Assembly (NCBI RefSeq): GCF_030028105.1
Contig: NC_092381.1
Coordinates: forward strand, 41,579,474-41,643,473
Source of the DNA: Mobula birostris
Taxonomy: Eukaryota
DNA length: 64,000 nt
Direction of reading: 5' to 3'
Part shown: one piece after another, positions 1-12,400 of the stretch
Numbering within the stretch: position 1 is the first letter of the stretch
How the letters are laid out: every line of letters starts with the position of its first letter
Position numbers and translations under genes: made by a program
Notes under the pieces: generated by a model
What the model saw: the letters and a program-made list of their open reading frames with translations, nothing else
What the model was told of the DNA's origin: nothing
Database searches by the model: none

Positions 1-1444
1 TTACCTGTCATGGTGCAGTCTATGTAGATGTGCTTCTGGTTTTTCCTTGGAAAACGATATTCTCAAAGAGCCTGGACTGTAGTTGTTGCCATGAAGACCC
101 GTGCTGGTCTCTTAAGTTAAACATGGTGGCCACAGGACTCTATGCATTATGTCAGAAGGAAGATTCTGTTAGAATTAGCTTTCCCTACTCTCACCGTATC
201 TACTGTGCATTTCCAGAGGTTTGTATCTTTCACAACCCTGAGATTGAATGCAAACCTTGGATTTCGTATAGAAATCCTTCTTGTCCTTATCTCTAGTATT
301 CAGTTGGGCTAAATATATTGACAACCGCAGCATGACCTTTTTATATTGGAATAGACCAGTCATGAAATCTTCACCTCTGACAGGGGGAATTGATGAAATA
401 CAGGACTAACTTATTTTGGACAAACCCATTCCCTATTGATGACATTCCTTTTTGGTCTGTTGTATCTACCATTTTGTCCTTTGAAGTGACCAGATTAGTT
501 TAGCACCTCTCCAGCTTCTTTCCCTCACCACCTCACCACCAACCTTCCCCCAAATCCTCTGACATGCTGCCTTGTTTTCCAGCCAAAAGGTATCTGGCCA
601 CTGTTGAGGGGTGCAACTAATCGTCCAGTACTCAGTCTGTTAAGGACTACTCCTTATAACACAAAAAGTGAGGTCAGTGATAACTATGAGCATGAAGACT
701 GGAATTCCAGCTTGTGATCCTATTGTATCACCCTGCTTAGCTTAACAACAAAATACTTACAGGCTCTGTAAATTTACACAGTTAAGAAAAATAATGTGTT
801 TATGAAAATGTGAATATTTAAAGCAATATCCATTATTTAAAAATACATTGAATTGACCTAGAACTTTTTTCTTGTATTTTGTTGTGCTTTCAGGCACACA
901 GTGAATGTATTTAAGTTTAATAAGGCCATACTGAACTCTTAACCCTATACAGGCCTGTAAAGGTCCTCTGCATAACTTAGGGCTTGATCTTTGGTTTCAT
1001 TGTGGAACCAGTAGGTAATGTCAGTGACTGTCCTCTGCAAGAACTTCTATGTTTTTGTTTTGCCTCCATCCATTACAATGCATGCCTCAGCACCTCAAAG
1101 GCTTCGTGAGCAGAGACCTGCTTCCATCCGTTAGGTCAGTAGCACTTCCTTCACGCCCTGGGTTAAGATACTCTGGGGGATATCTGGGAGGCCCCATACA
1201 TTCAAACAGAACAGAAGACTATGCAACAACTTTGTTCCATTCCAAAGTAGTGCACACAACAGGAAATAGCATAAAGCATAAGCTGTATAATTTATTTTCT
1301 TTATTAAGTATAAACATATCTCCTTTATTGATTAACATTATTTGGTAGGATCCAAATAAACAAGGAATGGGATGATTTTAATCCCATTAAATGTGCTGCT
1401 GTGCTCTGTGTAGAATCAACAAATAATGGTAATATTTTTATTTA

Positions 1445-1690
1445 GACTCAACACACTAATGATTCAGGAACAGCTTCTTCCCCTCTGCCATCAAATTTCT
1501 GAATAGACATTGAACCCATGAACACCACCTCATTACTTTTTTGCATTACTTATTTAATTTAACTATTTAATGTACAGTAAATACTTACTGTAGTTCACAG
1601 TTTTTATTATTGTGTACTGCAATGTACTCCTGCCGCACAACAACAAATATCACGGTATATGCTGATGATATTAAACCTCATTCTGAGTCT
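1445..1690 (+). mobile_element. Rex/Babar-like LINE 3' end fragment
   Basis: GATTCAGGAACAGCTTCTTCCCCTCTGCCATC...GATATTAAACC; same 3' UTR as the end of the RT-bearing copy at 58920-59120. Confidence 0.6.
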
Positions 1691-1694
1691 TAAA

Positions 1695-1900
1695 CAGCAC
1701 ATACAAAATGCTGGAGGAACTTAGCAGGCCAGGCAGCATCTATGGAAAAGAGTACAGTTGATGTTTCGGGTCCTTATGAAGGGGCTCGGCCCACGGTGTC
1801 GACTGTTAACTCTTTCCCATAGATGCTGCCTGGCCATTGAGTTCCTCCAGCATTTTGTGTCTTTTGCTTGGATTTCCAGCATCTGCAGATTTTCTTGTTG
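1695..1900. mobile_element. Short Penelope-like (PLE) terminal-repeat palindrome
   Basis: Inverted arms (CAAAATGCTGGAGGAACT... / ...AGTTCCTCCAGCATTTTG); exact 12-bp TSD CTGAGTCTTAAA at 1683-1694 and 1901-1912; degenerate hammerhead at 1771-1805. Confidence 0.8.
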
Positions 1901-2445
1901 CTGAGTCTTAAAGGAGTGTTACCTTTAAAAGACAGTATATGCCAATCACAATGGTGAGTGATTATTGATTAAAGTCTGTCACGGTGAGAGGGAAGAATAA
2001 TCTTAACTCCAGTATATTCCTAACGGAAATCAAGTGACTGAGCAAATCTTTTCAGTCAGAGACTGGAAGCTACCCTATGGGTTATTTTTGGGTATAATTA
2101 AATTAAAATCACAATGCCATACCAGGAGAATAAGGCCGCTAGTGTCATAATAAGGGAGTTAAATTCAGACTGTGAATCTGGTTAGTTCTGCTGGATGTCC
2201 TTGAATTCTGATTTACATCACTCACCTTTCTGATCTCTGCATACTCTGACCCTGCCATGATTAATGATCTTTGTTCAGCAAAGAGTGGGAAGATGGACAA
2301 ATAAGGAGAAACAACTCAAAATGCTAAAAACTAAAAAAAAATCAAACAGCTCTGAAAATATGTATTAGACCAGTTAGGTTTTATAAAGAGAAAGAACGGG
2401 TTCCCTCTATCAGAGCAGAAGCATGAAAAGTAACAAATATACAGG

Positions 2446-2589
2446 CAAAAACAAGAGAAAATCTGCAGATGCTGGAAATCTGAGCAACACATACAAAATG
2501 CTAAAGGAACTCAGCAGCCAAGCAGCATCTATGGAAAGGAGTACAGTCGATGTTTCTGGCTGAAACCCTTCAGCAGGACTCAAGGACTC
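2446..2589 (-). mobile_element. PLE terminal-repeat fragment with degenerate hammerhead motif (2545-2580)
   Basis: Matches the 3' end of the PLE family; probable TSD AATATACARG at 2436-2445 and 2590-2599. Confidence 0.7.
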
Positions 2590-3309
2590 AATATACAAGA
2601 AAGTTAAATATTCTGAGGAAAAGAGGCAAAAAAAGCAAAGAGTAAACAACAGATACATCAGCCATTGACTGGGCCTTCATACTGTATGATAAAAAGGTAT
2701 TACGCCAATTGTTCTTGAAGTATAAAGGCAACTAAATTAAAGAAAAACTCTCAACCGCCTACGGAGAGTGGCCTTGGTATTTGCCTAATTGTGTCCTATT
2801 GTTTAGGATTATCACATAATAAGTTCATATTATTGTGAATAAAATGCAGAGCTTATCAAAAGTGTAAGTCATTAAAGGGAATGTTCAGACTTGACACCAA
2901 ACAACCAAATGGAGAAGCTGCTAATTCCTTTGAAGTCAGTATTAGCAGCCTTAGTATAGAATAAGGGACACAGAGATGTCAAATTGGAATTGGAGAGCGA
3001 TCACACTGGTGAAGATGATGAAGAAAATGATTGGCAAGTCTAAAGATATGCTTTGGTCACCAATGCCATTTAAGGGAATGTGAGACATTGCCACTTAGGG
3101 CAACTACTGTTAGCATAAAAAAATCTAGAACTAGATGTAATTAAGATCATAGGTAAAATAATTATTGCTCACTTCATATATCATATCCAATATGGTATAA
3201 AATAATTAAGCTCCTATAGGGAGAAGTGTAGGAATGAGAAATGAAGGAAACTGGGATGTACTTAGGCTGATAGAACATGACACATCGTCAGGTCCAACTG
3301 TCACACATA

Positions 3310-3846
3310 CACTCATTGGCTACTTTTGTAGTTACAGGAGTGGAGCCCAGTGTGATCTGCTGCTTCTGTAACCTACCCACTTCAAGACTTGATATTTTGT
3401 GCATTCAGAGATGCTGTTCTGCACACCACTCTTGTAATGTGTGGTTATTTGAGTTACTGTTGCCTTCTTGTCAGCTTGAAGCCGTCTGGCCATTCTTCTC
3501 TGGCCTTTCTCAAGACATGGTATTTTCACCCACAGAACTGTTGCCACTGTTTTGTTTTTTGTTTTTTGTATCATTCTCTTGAGATTCTAGAGACTGTTGT
3601 CCATGAAAATCACAGGAGATCAGCTCTTTCTGGGGTACAAACCAACCCATCCAGCATCAACAATCATTCCATGATCAAAGTCACTTAGATTGTATTTCTT
3701 CCCAATTCTGATGCTTTGTCTGAGCAACAACCTCTTGACTGTATCTGCATGCTTTTATGCATTGAGTTGCTGCCACATAACTGACTGATTGGAAATTGGC
3801 ATTAATGAGCAGGTGTACAGGTGTACCTAATAAAATGGCTACTATA
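3310..3846 (-). mobile_element. Internally deleted Tc1-type DNA transposon
   Basis: TA-CACTCATTGGCTACTTT start and GTGTACCTAATAAAATGGCTACT end (imperfect TIRs); ORF 3332-3574 encodes a Tc1 HTH-like peptide (ARRLQADKKATVTQITTHY...ISECT...GYRS...PLL). Confidence 0.75.
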
Positions 3847-4005
3847 TCCAATGCAATATTTTAATTTCACACCCATATTTGCAAAATGCACTTTATTATT
3901 GCCTATGTTATACCATCTTAAAACCTGTTGATGTATTTTCATGGATGTGTTACAATGCTCATTCACAATGGAAATTTCCCAGCCCAGACAGAATATAGTG
4001 TAGGG

Positions 4006-4888
4006 AAGATTCAAGTTTCATTTATTATCAAAGAATGTATAAATTATATAACCTTGAGATTTGCTTGCTCATGGGTGCCCACAAAGCAAGAACCCTGAAG
4101 AACCCATTTAAAGAAAAAAGAATAGAAAAAAATAAAAGACCAACCCTTGATGAGCAAGAACAAAAAAAATCATGCAAGCTATTGAAACGAACAATAGCAA
4201 ATCAAATCAAAATTGAGTCCTCAGATCTGAACCCCAAAGCAGCCCAGAGTAGGCCCAAAGCCTTGCTTATCAGTTCATCATCTTAGCAGGGATGGAGCAC
4301 AGCAGCTGGGACAGTCTTCATAGCCTCAGCGCCATGGAGATGACCATCACAGAGAACCAGCGAAATCTGCCCTTGCCTCCAATCTGGGCTGGCTGTTAAA
4401 TTGTCTCAACAGCGGATTGTACCTCACACTAGGACCCAGGCACCGCTACTACGAAAGGCTCCAGGCCTAAACCTATGCCTTCTAGTGACTCGCTCTGGTC
4501 CCGATTTTGCTGCCCAACCTGAAGCTAAGCTCTTCAAATGAGCTCAGCACCCAGAGCTATCCAACCTCACACCTGGACCAGTTGAATGAACACCAGAACT
4601 TCACTGCCCAGACCCTGACTTCTTTGAATGCCCAGAGTGATCCAACCTCGCTCCTGGGCCAGTTAAATGTGTCTCAGAACTTCTCTACCTAGTATTCTGC
4701 TACACACCATCTCGACTCATCCCCCGCTTTTGCCTCAGCCTCATTTGCCCCTTCACTGTTTGCAGTGTTAATTTAACACAATTTACCTCAGAAAAGGTAT
4801 TTTTAGTGATGTTTTTAGTCAGATTTCCTAGCTTTTTGACTACCAGAAGCTGTTGCACACGTTCAAAGGCACCATCTTAACTGGAAGT
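4006..4888 (-). mobile_element. Non-autonomous LINE-derived retroposon (ACTTCCAGT-AAGATGG 5' end)
   Basis: Minus-strand start ACTTCCAGTTAAGATGGTGCC; 3' end GATAATAAATGAAACTTGAATC; possible TSD AGTGTANGG (3997-4005, 4886-4894); internal ~80-bp duplication at 4549-4692. Confidence 0.55.
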
Positions 4889-4929
4889 GTATGGTCATAC
4901 ACTTTAGTAGAAGGAATAAAAGCATAGAA

Positions 4930-5650
4930 AATTCAAAAATCAAAGGTGCAAAGGGGCTTGTGCAAGATATCTTGTAGGCTCACTTGCAGCCTACACCTCA
5001 GGCTGAAATCCTTCAGCAGGACGGAAGAAAAAAAGCTAAGGAATAAATTTAAAAGGTGGAGGGAGGGGACAGAGAGCCACCAGGTGATAGTTGGATGGGG
5101 AGGGATGAAGTAAAGAGCTGGGAAGTTGTTTGGTAAGATGAGGTGAGAAATGGAAAAGGGGATGGGAAATGGGGGTGGTGGTGTTTGGGGCATTATCGGA
5201 AGTTAGAGAAATTAACGTTGATGGTTCTGGTCTTGTACTTGCTGGAGTTTAAAAGAATGACGGGAGATCGCATTGAAACTTAAAGAATATTGAAAGGTCC
5301 AGATAGAGTGAATGTAGGGAGGATGTTTCCTACACTGGGTGAGTCTAGGACAAGAGGCACAGCCTCAGACAAGTGGGATGTCCATTTAGAACAAAGATAA
5401 GGAGGAATTTCTTTAGTCAGAGGGGTAGTGAATCTGTGGAATTCATTGCCACAGGCAGCTGTGGAGGCTAAGTCATCGAGTATATTTAAAACAGGGGTTG
5501 ATTGGCTCTTGATTAGTTAAAGTGTCAAAGGTTACGGGGAGAAGGCAGAAGAATAGGTTTGAGAGGGATAAGAAATCAGCCATAATAGGATGGCGGAGCA
5601 GACTTGAATGGTCTAATTATGCTCCTATATTTTATGGTCAGATGGTCTTA
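4930..5650 (+). mobile_element. Decayed CR1 3' fragment interrupted by a - strand PLE repeat fragment (~4996-5222)
   Basis: CR1 RT C-terminal and 3' UTR motifs (GTGAATCTGTGGAATTCATTGCCACAG); purine-rich PLE repeat in the middle. Confidence 0.65.
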
Positions 5651-6121
5651 AATAAGCTGCATTTACTCACCAAGGTCATTCTGACAACACTACACAAACT
5701 TGAAAACTATATCACCTCAAAAAAAGAGAAGAAAAGAAGGAACCCCGGAAATTTCAGGATGCACTCCAAGTCAGGTACTACCCTGACTTGAAAACGTATC
5801 ACCTTCATTATCATTTCATTATCATGGCCCATATTCATCTTCTCAGGGGCAGTTATGGATGGACGATAAATATTTTAATTTTTGAAAAATTCTTACTGAA
5901 TGTGTGGAGTGAAGTGTGCCAATGGACAACCCTGCTTACATGTACTAGATGAAACAATTATTTTCCCTTCTAGTAGCAAGACATATGAACCAGTTTCAGT
6001 AATAGAATCTTTCCTACCCTTCTTGACATTTTCTTTGTAAAGTTCCTTCACTGTACTTTGCACATACAGGGACCCCTTGTGTTGTGGCATCTAGGTTATA
6101 GAAATTTGCCCTTATAGAATT

Positions 6122-6351
6122 GTGCGCACGTGGCCAAGTGGTTAAGGCGTTCGTCTAGTGATCTCAAGGTCGCTAGTTTGAGCCTTAGCTGTGGCAGCAT
6201 GTTTGTGTCCTTGAGCAAGGCACTTAACCACACATTGCTCTAGTGTCTGTGCAAGGAGTGGCGCCCCACACAGACTTCCAATCTGTGTCTTATAAGGCAT
6301 GAAAATGCCCGACGCAGGCCTCTCATGGTCCGAGTTGACGTTCCCCCGTTC
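6122..6351 (+). mobile_element. tRNA-derived SINE with CORE-like domain
   Basis: A box TGGCCAAGTGG, B-box-like AGTTTGAGCC, CORE-like GTGTCCTTGAGCAAGGCACTTAAC; exact 13-bp TSD CCCTTATAGAATT at 6109-6121 and 6352-6364. Confidence 0.85.
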
Positions 6352-6640
6352 CCCTTATAGAATTCATAGATCATTGCCTAAAAAAATGAGATATGGAATA
6401 AAATTCACTCTCACAGAATTTGTGTGAAAAAAGTAAATGATTCAACACTGTTGTTTTCAACTTGTGTTTCTTGATGACTATGCAGATTTGTGTTATGATG
6501 CAACCTATTTTCTATGAATGCAACCTGCACTGAAGTCGCCTGCAACAACAGGAATTCTGCAGATGCTGGAAATTCAAGCAACACACATCAAAGTTGCTGG
6601 TGAACGCGGCAGGCCAGGCAGCATCTGTAGGAAGAGGTAC

Positions 6641-6676
6641 AGTCGACGTTTCAGGCCGAGACCCTTCGTCAGGACT
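6641..6676 (-). ncRNA. Minimal type I hammerhead ribozyme motif (intact core)
   Basis: Reverse complement reads AGTC CTGACGA AGGGTCTCGGCCT GAAA CGTC GACT. Confidence 0.7.
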
Positions 6677-7096
6677 AACTGAAGGAAGAGTGAGTAAGGG
6701 ATTTGAAAGTTGGAGGGGGAGGGGGAGATCCAAAATGATAGGAGAAGACAGGAGTGGGAGGGATAGAGCCAAAAGCTGGACAGGTGATAGGCAAAAGGGG
6801 ATACGAGAGGATCATGGGACAGGAGGTCCGGGAAGAAAGACAAGGGGGGGGGGACCCAGAGGATGGGCTCTCACTCTCCTTTGTCCCTCTGAATATACCG
6901 CTTGCCCATCCTCTGGGTCCCCCCCCACCTTGTCTTTCTTCCCGGACCTCCTGTCCCATGATCCTCTCGTATCCCCTTTTGCCTATCACCTGTCCAGCTC
7001 TTGGCTCTATCCCTCCCCCTCCTGTCTTCTCCTATCATTTTGGATCTCCCCCTCCCCTTCCAACTTTCAAATCCCTTACTCACTCTTCCTTCAGTT

Positions 7097-7132
7097 AGTC
7101 CTGACGAAGGGTCTCGGCCTGAAACGTCGACT
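7097..7132 (+). ncRNA. Minimal type I hammerhead ribozyme motif (intact core; predicted cleavage after C7128)
   Basis: Stem I AGTC/GACT, core CTGACGA (7101-7107), stem II, GAAA (7121-7124), loopless palindromic stem III ACGT, GUC triplet. Confidence 0.7.
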
Positions 7133-9308
7133 GCACCTCTTCCTACAGATGCTGCCTGGCCTGCTGCGATCACCGGCAACTTTGATGTGTGTTGCTGAAG
7201 TCGCCTGTATTCTTTGTACCTTCAGTGGAATCACCATTTTCACCAAAATAAAATAACTTTTGATGCATTAAGAATAAACAAAACCTTCACATGTCTGTAA
7301 CCTCACTGGATTAAGTTCTGCCATTTACCTCCAGAACCCATGTGGCTCCAGTTGTCTTCTGTTTCCCCAGCTAACTGTACTGCTGGATAAGCATCCTGTC
7401 TTCATTTTCCATGCAGAGGTCAATACATTTCAGAGGTACATTTAGCCTTGTAAAACCTGGCAAGGGCAACCTCTTTAATTCTAACACATGCCTACTTGTG
7501 TCACTAATGGGCTAGGGCCCATGTTAGCTTTGATCATAATTTTTTTTTGATTAAAAGGCTTAAATGAAATAGCTTTTCAAAAGCTTTTAAATTATTCTGG
7601 GCACAATTCCCATTCTAGGAAGGATATATGTTTCTAAAGTATCTGGAGTAAGATTTTGCCTTAGGAGTACTACCTAGTAAAGCTTCTACTTAATTTTACA
7701 CTTGCTGAGCTCCATTTAGCCTAAACATTCAAGACTAGTAAGATCAAAGAAGATATCTTGGCACTTGTAAAAGATGACTGAGAGGTGCTGTTTTTGGAGT
7801 GTGTCTGTGATGCAAACTGAAGTCATTTTCCCACTAAATACAGGACGTGGTGTATCCTGTTCAAAAGAAACTTTTTTTTTGTAGCATGTTTACTTTGGCT
7901 TTGCACAGGCAGTGCACACTGGGATGTAGTTAGGGTAAAGGTGAAAACATCCTATTCAATCTCAGGTTATGTTTACAAGGATGTGACTTCTTGATATGTG
8001 GTTCACTCAGTTACATGAATATGTAATGGCACTGTGTGTGACTAATTAAATTTAGGATACTCAAGCCAATCAAAAGCATTTCCTGTTCACGTGTATTCAT
8101 GGCAGCCATGTGGGCCTCACACTGTTCAACTTCACATTTTTGACAAGTTCATTTTTCCCAAGCTATACTTTACTCAGTTAGATATTTTTAAGCTACTTCA
8201 CCATCAGCACAGCCATGTGCTATTTCATCTCATTTCTGAAGGAACTGCATTGCTCGGTAAACTCCTGCCTAAAGCCCATGTCATTAATGTAGATTTTCAA
8301 GGGTAGTGCCTTGCCTGCCTTCCAGTACACAGTTTTAACTGGTTTTATCAATTTTAATTTCTTCATATGTGAGTTAACAAATCATTCCTCTTCCATGCAC
8401 ACAAATGCTTTGGTATTCCAGCAATTTAGTAATCCATTGCAAAGTTTTGTTAGGCTCCAAGTGCAAACTTGCACATTTGAACAGATGTAGCTTATATGGT
8501 CCCTCGAGCAGATCATGATGTGTTTGCACTGCAGCTCCAATTTCCTGCCATTTTCTGTATTACTTAGTACGCTTAATTATAATGTTGACCTTGACCTTCA
8601 AAGGTTCTGTTGACACATCACCTGCTCCTGAATAGATGTCAATAAATTGGTAACTGCACTCTCTTGTTCTAAATTCTGAATTCAGAGGAAATAGCTTTTC
8701 TGTATCTGCCTTATGAAATCCATTTATTATCCTGGATAGCCCGATCTTCTCAATCCATAAATTCAAAGGAACTCAGTCTGTGTTTATTCAGTTTACCCCG
8801 GTGAAATTCAACTGAATGTGTACTGTAACACCTCCAAATGTAGCATGTCTTTCCTGTCCTCAAAAAAAAACAATGCATTGGTTCAAATACTATCTGCCAA
8901 GACCCTGTGCAAGTGAACTATACCTTCCACACGTTTATGTTCCAGCTTCCCTGAGATAATGGGCAACATTAGTCTTTTCAAGTCCTCCCTGTGCCTGTGC
9001 CTTCAATCCTAGTGATTTGTGTGCCTGTATTTGTTTTTTCACAGCAATTCTCAAATATTTTTGATCAACGAACCATAATTCAGACAGATTGACAATTTCA
9101 GGCTCTTGCCTACCTAAATATGGAGTATATGGAGGAATTTAAGGTGGGGGGTTATATGGGAGTCAGGGTTTGAGGGTCGGCACAACATTGTGGGCTGAAG
9201 GGCCTGTACTGTGCTGAACTATTCTATGTCTATGTCTAAATTAGAAAACATTGGTAGATTCATGATATGAAAGAGATGCATTGCAGACTGCTTCAATAAC
9301 ATCTTGTT

Positions 9309-10003
9309 GAAGGAGGAGGAGAAGATGGCGACGCGACTCAGTGCACGCGCCCTCTCCGGTGAATGATATCTGTAATTTGTCAAGTAGGGGACCGTACACA
9401 ATTCTGATTTGATGGAGACAGATGTGAAAGTATGGAGGAACATCTGGAGAAACTTCTGAAATCCTCCCTTCGCTGCCGCTGCTGTTGTGTGGTAACCGGA
9501 ACCTCTGGAGCAGAATGCCCCGAATCCTCGGCTTTGCTTGTTTCGGCAGCCGGGGCTAGGTCGAAGGCACTCGGCAGAGGATGGTGCTTGGGAGTCTGTA
9601 TCAGAGGGGCTGGTCGGAGGCTCGAAGTTTTCGGATGGACGGACTCGGCGTCGGCTGCGGTCAGCTGCTTCCAAGGCATTGGCAGTTGTTGGTGCCTGGA
9701 GATTTATGGCAGGCAGTTTCTCCCTTTTGCCACCTGCTATCGGGGACTCGGGAGTCGATTGGGACTTGAGACTTTTTCTTACCGTGCCCATGGTCTGTTC
9801 CTTATCAAATTATGGTATTGTTTTGCACTGCTGTAGCTATATGTTATAATTATGTGGTTCTGTCAGTGTTAGTCTTTGGTTTGTCCTGTTTTCTGTGCTA
9901 CCACTCTGGAGGAACATTGTATCATTTCTTAATGCATGTATACATTTCTAAATGACAATAAAAGAGGACTGAGTGTTCTCATAATCTAATCTAATCTAAT
10001 CTT
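9309..10003 (+). mobile_element. Non-autonomous retroposon with YY1-like 5' motif and (ATCTA)n tail
   Basis: AAGATGGCG at 9322-9330, CpG-rich body, AATAAA then ATAATCTAATCTAATCT; last ~190 bp shared with 61460-61641. Confidence 0.65.
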
Positions 10004-10018
10004 TCAGTAAACCTCCAT

Positions 10019-10521
10019 CGTTTGCTGTTGTGTGCTGGGGCAGCAGGCTAAGGGTAGCAGACTCCAACAGAATCAAGAAACTCATTCGTAAGGCCAGTGA
10101 TGTCGTGGGTGGAACTGGACTCTGTCACCGTAGTGTCTGGAAAGAGGATGCTGCCTAGGCTGCATGCCATCTTGGTCAATGTCTCCCATCCACTACATAA
10201 TGTACTGGGTGGGCACAGGAGTACATTCAGCCAGAGACTCATTCCTCCGAGATGCAGCACAGAGCGTCTTAGGAAGTCATTCCTGCCTGTGGCCATCAAA
10301 CTTTACAACTCTTCCCTTGGAGGGTCAGACACCCTGAGCCGATAGGCTGGTCCTGGACTTATTTCATAATTTACTGGCATAATTTACATATTACTATTTA
10401 ACTATTTATTGTTCTATTACTATTTATTATTTATGGTGCAACTGTAATGAAAACCAATTTCCCCCGGGATCAATAAAGTATGACTATGACTATGACTATG
10501 ACTATTACTATGACTATAAAC
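10019..10521 (+). mobile_element. 5'-truncated Rex1/Babar LINE
   Basis: Highly similar to 30150-30637; (ATGACT)n tail; 14-bp TSD CAGTAAASCTCCAT at 10005-10018 and 10522-10535. Confidence 0.85.
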
Positions 10522-10671
10522 CAGTAAAGCTCCATTATCTGGCATTCATTGGACATTGATGGTGTTGCAGTGGATGTGAAGATGTTATTTCCTTTAACAG
10601 GAGAGATCAGGATCTGAGGGCACAGTCTCAGAATACAGGTACATCCCTTTAGAACTAAATCAAGGAGGATT

Positions 10672-10972
10672 TATTGATTTATTTTGAGATACCACACAAT
10701 TAATCCTTCCGGCCCTTTGAGCCACACTGCCCAGCAACCACCAACACCTCAGTTTAACCCTAATCTAATCATGGGATAACTTATAATGCCCAATGAACCT
10801 TGCTAGTATGTCTTTGGACTGTGGGAGAAAACCAGAGGACCCAGAGAAGACCCACGCATTCCATGGAGAAGATGTACAGACTCCTCACAGAGGACACTGG
10901 GTTTGAACTCTGAACTTAAATGCCCTAAGCTGTAATAACATCGCACTAACCGCTATGCTACTGTGGCACCCC
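10672..10972 (-). mobile_element. tRNA-derived V-SINE-like element
   Basis: Minus strand: A box TAGCATAGCGG, B box GAGTTCAAACC, V-domain-like GGAGTCTGTACATCTTCTCC...GGTTTCTCCCACAGTCCAAAGAC; inserted in an old CR1 3' end. Confidence 0.75.
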
Positions 10973-11031
10973 AACCAGAAGGTGGTGAATCTGTGGAATT
11001 CGTTGCCACAGAAGGCTGGGGAGGCCAAGTC

Positions 11032-11898
11032 ATTCAAAGGTTCAAAGGTTCATTTTGTTATCAAAGTGTACAACTCTAAATTATTCTTCTCCAGAGAGCC
11101 ACAAGACCAAGAAAGAAAAGAATGGCAGCATGATCATCGATCCCCAAATTCCCCTTCCCTGCACACAAAAAAATGAGAAAGTTTGGGTGAAAAACACAGA
11201 ATATTTTAAAAAAACTGTAAGACCGATAAAAAGTCTATAGTCCAAGTCTATATCCAAGATGCAGAAAACCTGGGTAATATTCTCCAGATCTTTCCCTCTC
11301 CTTAGCAGAGTGATCTCACCTGCGATCAAAAGACAGTCTCCCCTCTCCAGCAGCAGAGCAATCCTACCAGCAGGCAGCCGGCGCTCACCTTCCGCACTTG
11401 ACTCAACGTTTCAATCTCCCTCTTATCAGCGAACAATGGAAATTTTAATTGGTGAAATGGAGTCAAACATCGGCTTACGCTGTCTCTGCCTCCTGGAAAT
11501 CCTTTCAGAGATGCAGAATGCTGAAACACTCAAACAATCTGCAAACGGCAAATCACAGGTTCCAGCAGTTCCAGAATGACATTCAAGATGAAAAACAAAC
11601 GTAAAAGACATAAAAGAAGTGAAGTTTATTGTTTTTTTGAGGCCAGTTCATTGGCTATATTTAAGAGGGAGTTAGATATGGCCCTTGTGGCTACGGGGGT
11701 CAGGGAGTACGGAGGGAAGGCTGGGGCGGTGTTCTGAGTTGGATGATCAGCCATGATCATAATAAATGGCGGTGCAGGCTCGAAGGGCCGAATGGCCTAC
11801 TCCTGCACCTATTTTCTATGTTTCTATGTTTCTATGATCTAGCCAGAAGATGTCGACTGAAGGAGCACTGTATGGAGGCGCCATCTTTACTGGAAGTC
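11032..11898 (-). mobile_element. Non-autonomous retroposon (GACTTCCAGTAAAGATGGCG 5' end, (TTTGAACC)n tail)
   Basis: 5' motif shared with 4006-4888; contains a nested CR1 3' end. Confidence 0.55.
11638..11836 (+). mobile_element. Young CR1 3' end with (TTTCTATG)n tail
   Basis: Nearly identical to the 3' end of the CR1 at 39977-43150; GGTGCAGG...CCTGCACC stem-loop. Confidence 0.9.
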
Positions 11899-12400
11899 GA
11901 TGTGGCAGGGATTGATAGGATCTTGATTGGGAAGGGGATTAAGAGGTACAGACAGAAGGCAGAGAATGGGGTTGAAAAAGTTTAGCCATGAGTGAATAGC
12001 AGAGCAGATTTGCTGGTCTGAATGGCCTAATTATATCCTATGGTCTTAGCAAATTTTTTGGACTACTGGATGCTATTCGTATTAATATTCCAAGTACTTT
12101 TAACTCACTTTTATTAGATAGTACAGGATGAAATAATAAATTTTCTGGTGAACCTGGTATGTGTAAGCAATGTGCAGGAAACATAACCAGATAAAATTGA
12201 AGGGAGTATCGGAAATAGGACCCCAATTAATTTAAAGACAGCACAGCAACTGGGGCCCTGATAAGTTTAAAGGGACTATGGGAACTGTCATTCTGATTAG
12301 ATTAAAGGGAATGGGAAATGAATTTAAAGGGAGCATGGTAACCAGTACCCTGGTATGTTAAGGGGAATATGAGTATCAACATTTGATTATTCAAATCAGT

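Larger units (their letters stand above)
6543..7194. mobile_element. Young PLE inverted-repeat insertion (~290-bp arms)
   Basis: Near-perfect inverted arms 6577-6868 and 6904-7196, 35-nt spacer; exact 13-bp TSD CTGAAGTCGCCTG at 6530-6542 and 7195-7207. Confidence 0.9.
6067..7207. mobile_element. Possible Tigger/mariner-type MITE hosting the SINE and PLE palindrome
   Basis: TA-CAGGGAC... start and ...GTCGCCTG-TA end (short imperfect TIR, TA duplication); family assignment by resemblance only. Confidence 0.35.

Noticed and set aside
1-470. Possible highly decayed Gypsy integrase on the - strand (similar hint at ~53880-54050)
   Set aside because: Only vague motif resemblance; no alignable catalytic residues by eye.
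5893-6090. 65-aa - strand ORF bounded by AG and GTAAG, resembling an exon
   Set aside because: Weak acceptor lying within a probable MITE end; peptide not recognisable.
6122-6195. tRNA gene
   Set aside because: A/B boxes belong to a SINE head with CORE-like body and TSD; no complete cloverleaf.
6512-7256. Several overlapping ORFs of up to 220 aa (likewise at 25260-26445 and 46350-48748)
   Set aside because: By-products of the low-complexity palindromic PLE repeat; mirrored on both strands and no protein motifs apart from the GIY-YIG tail.
9219-9849. Cluster of GC-rich ORFs (up to 190 aa)
   Set aside because: Lie within a non-autonomous retroposon; no domain motifs; explained by GC content.
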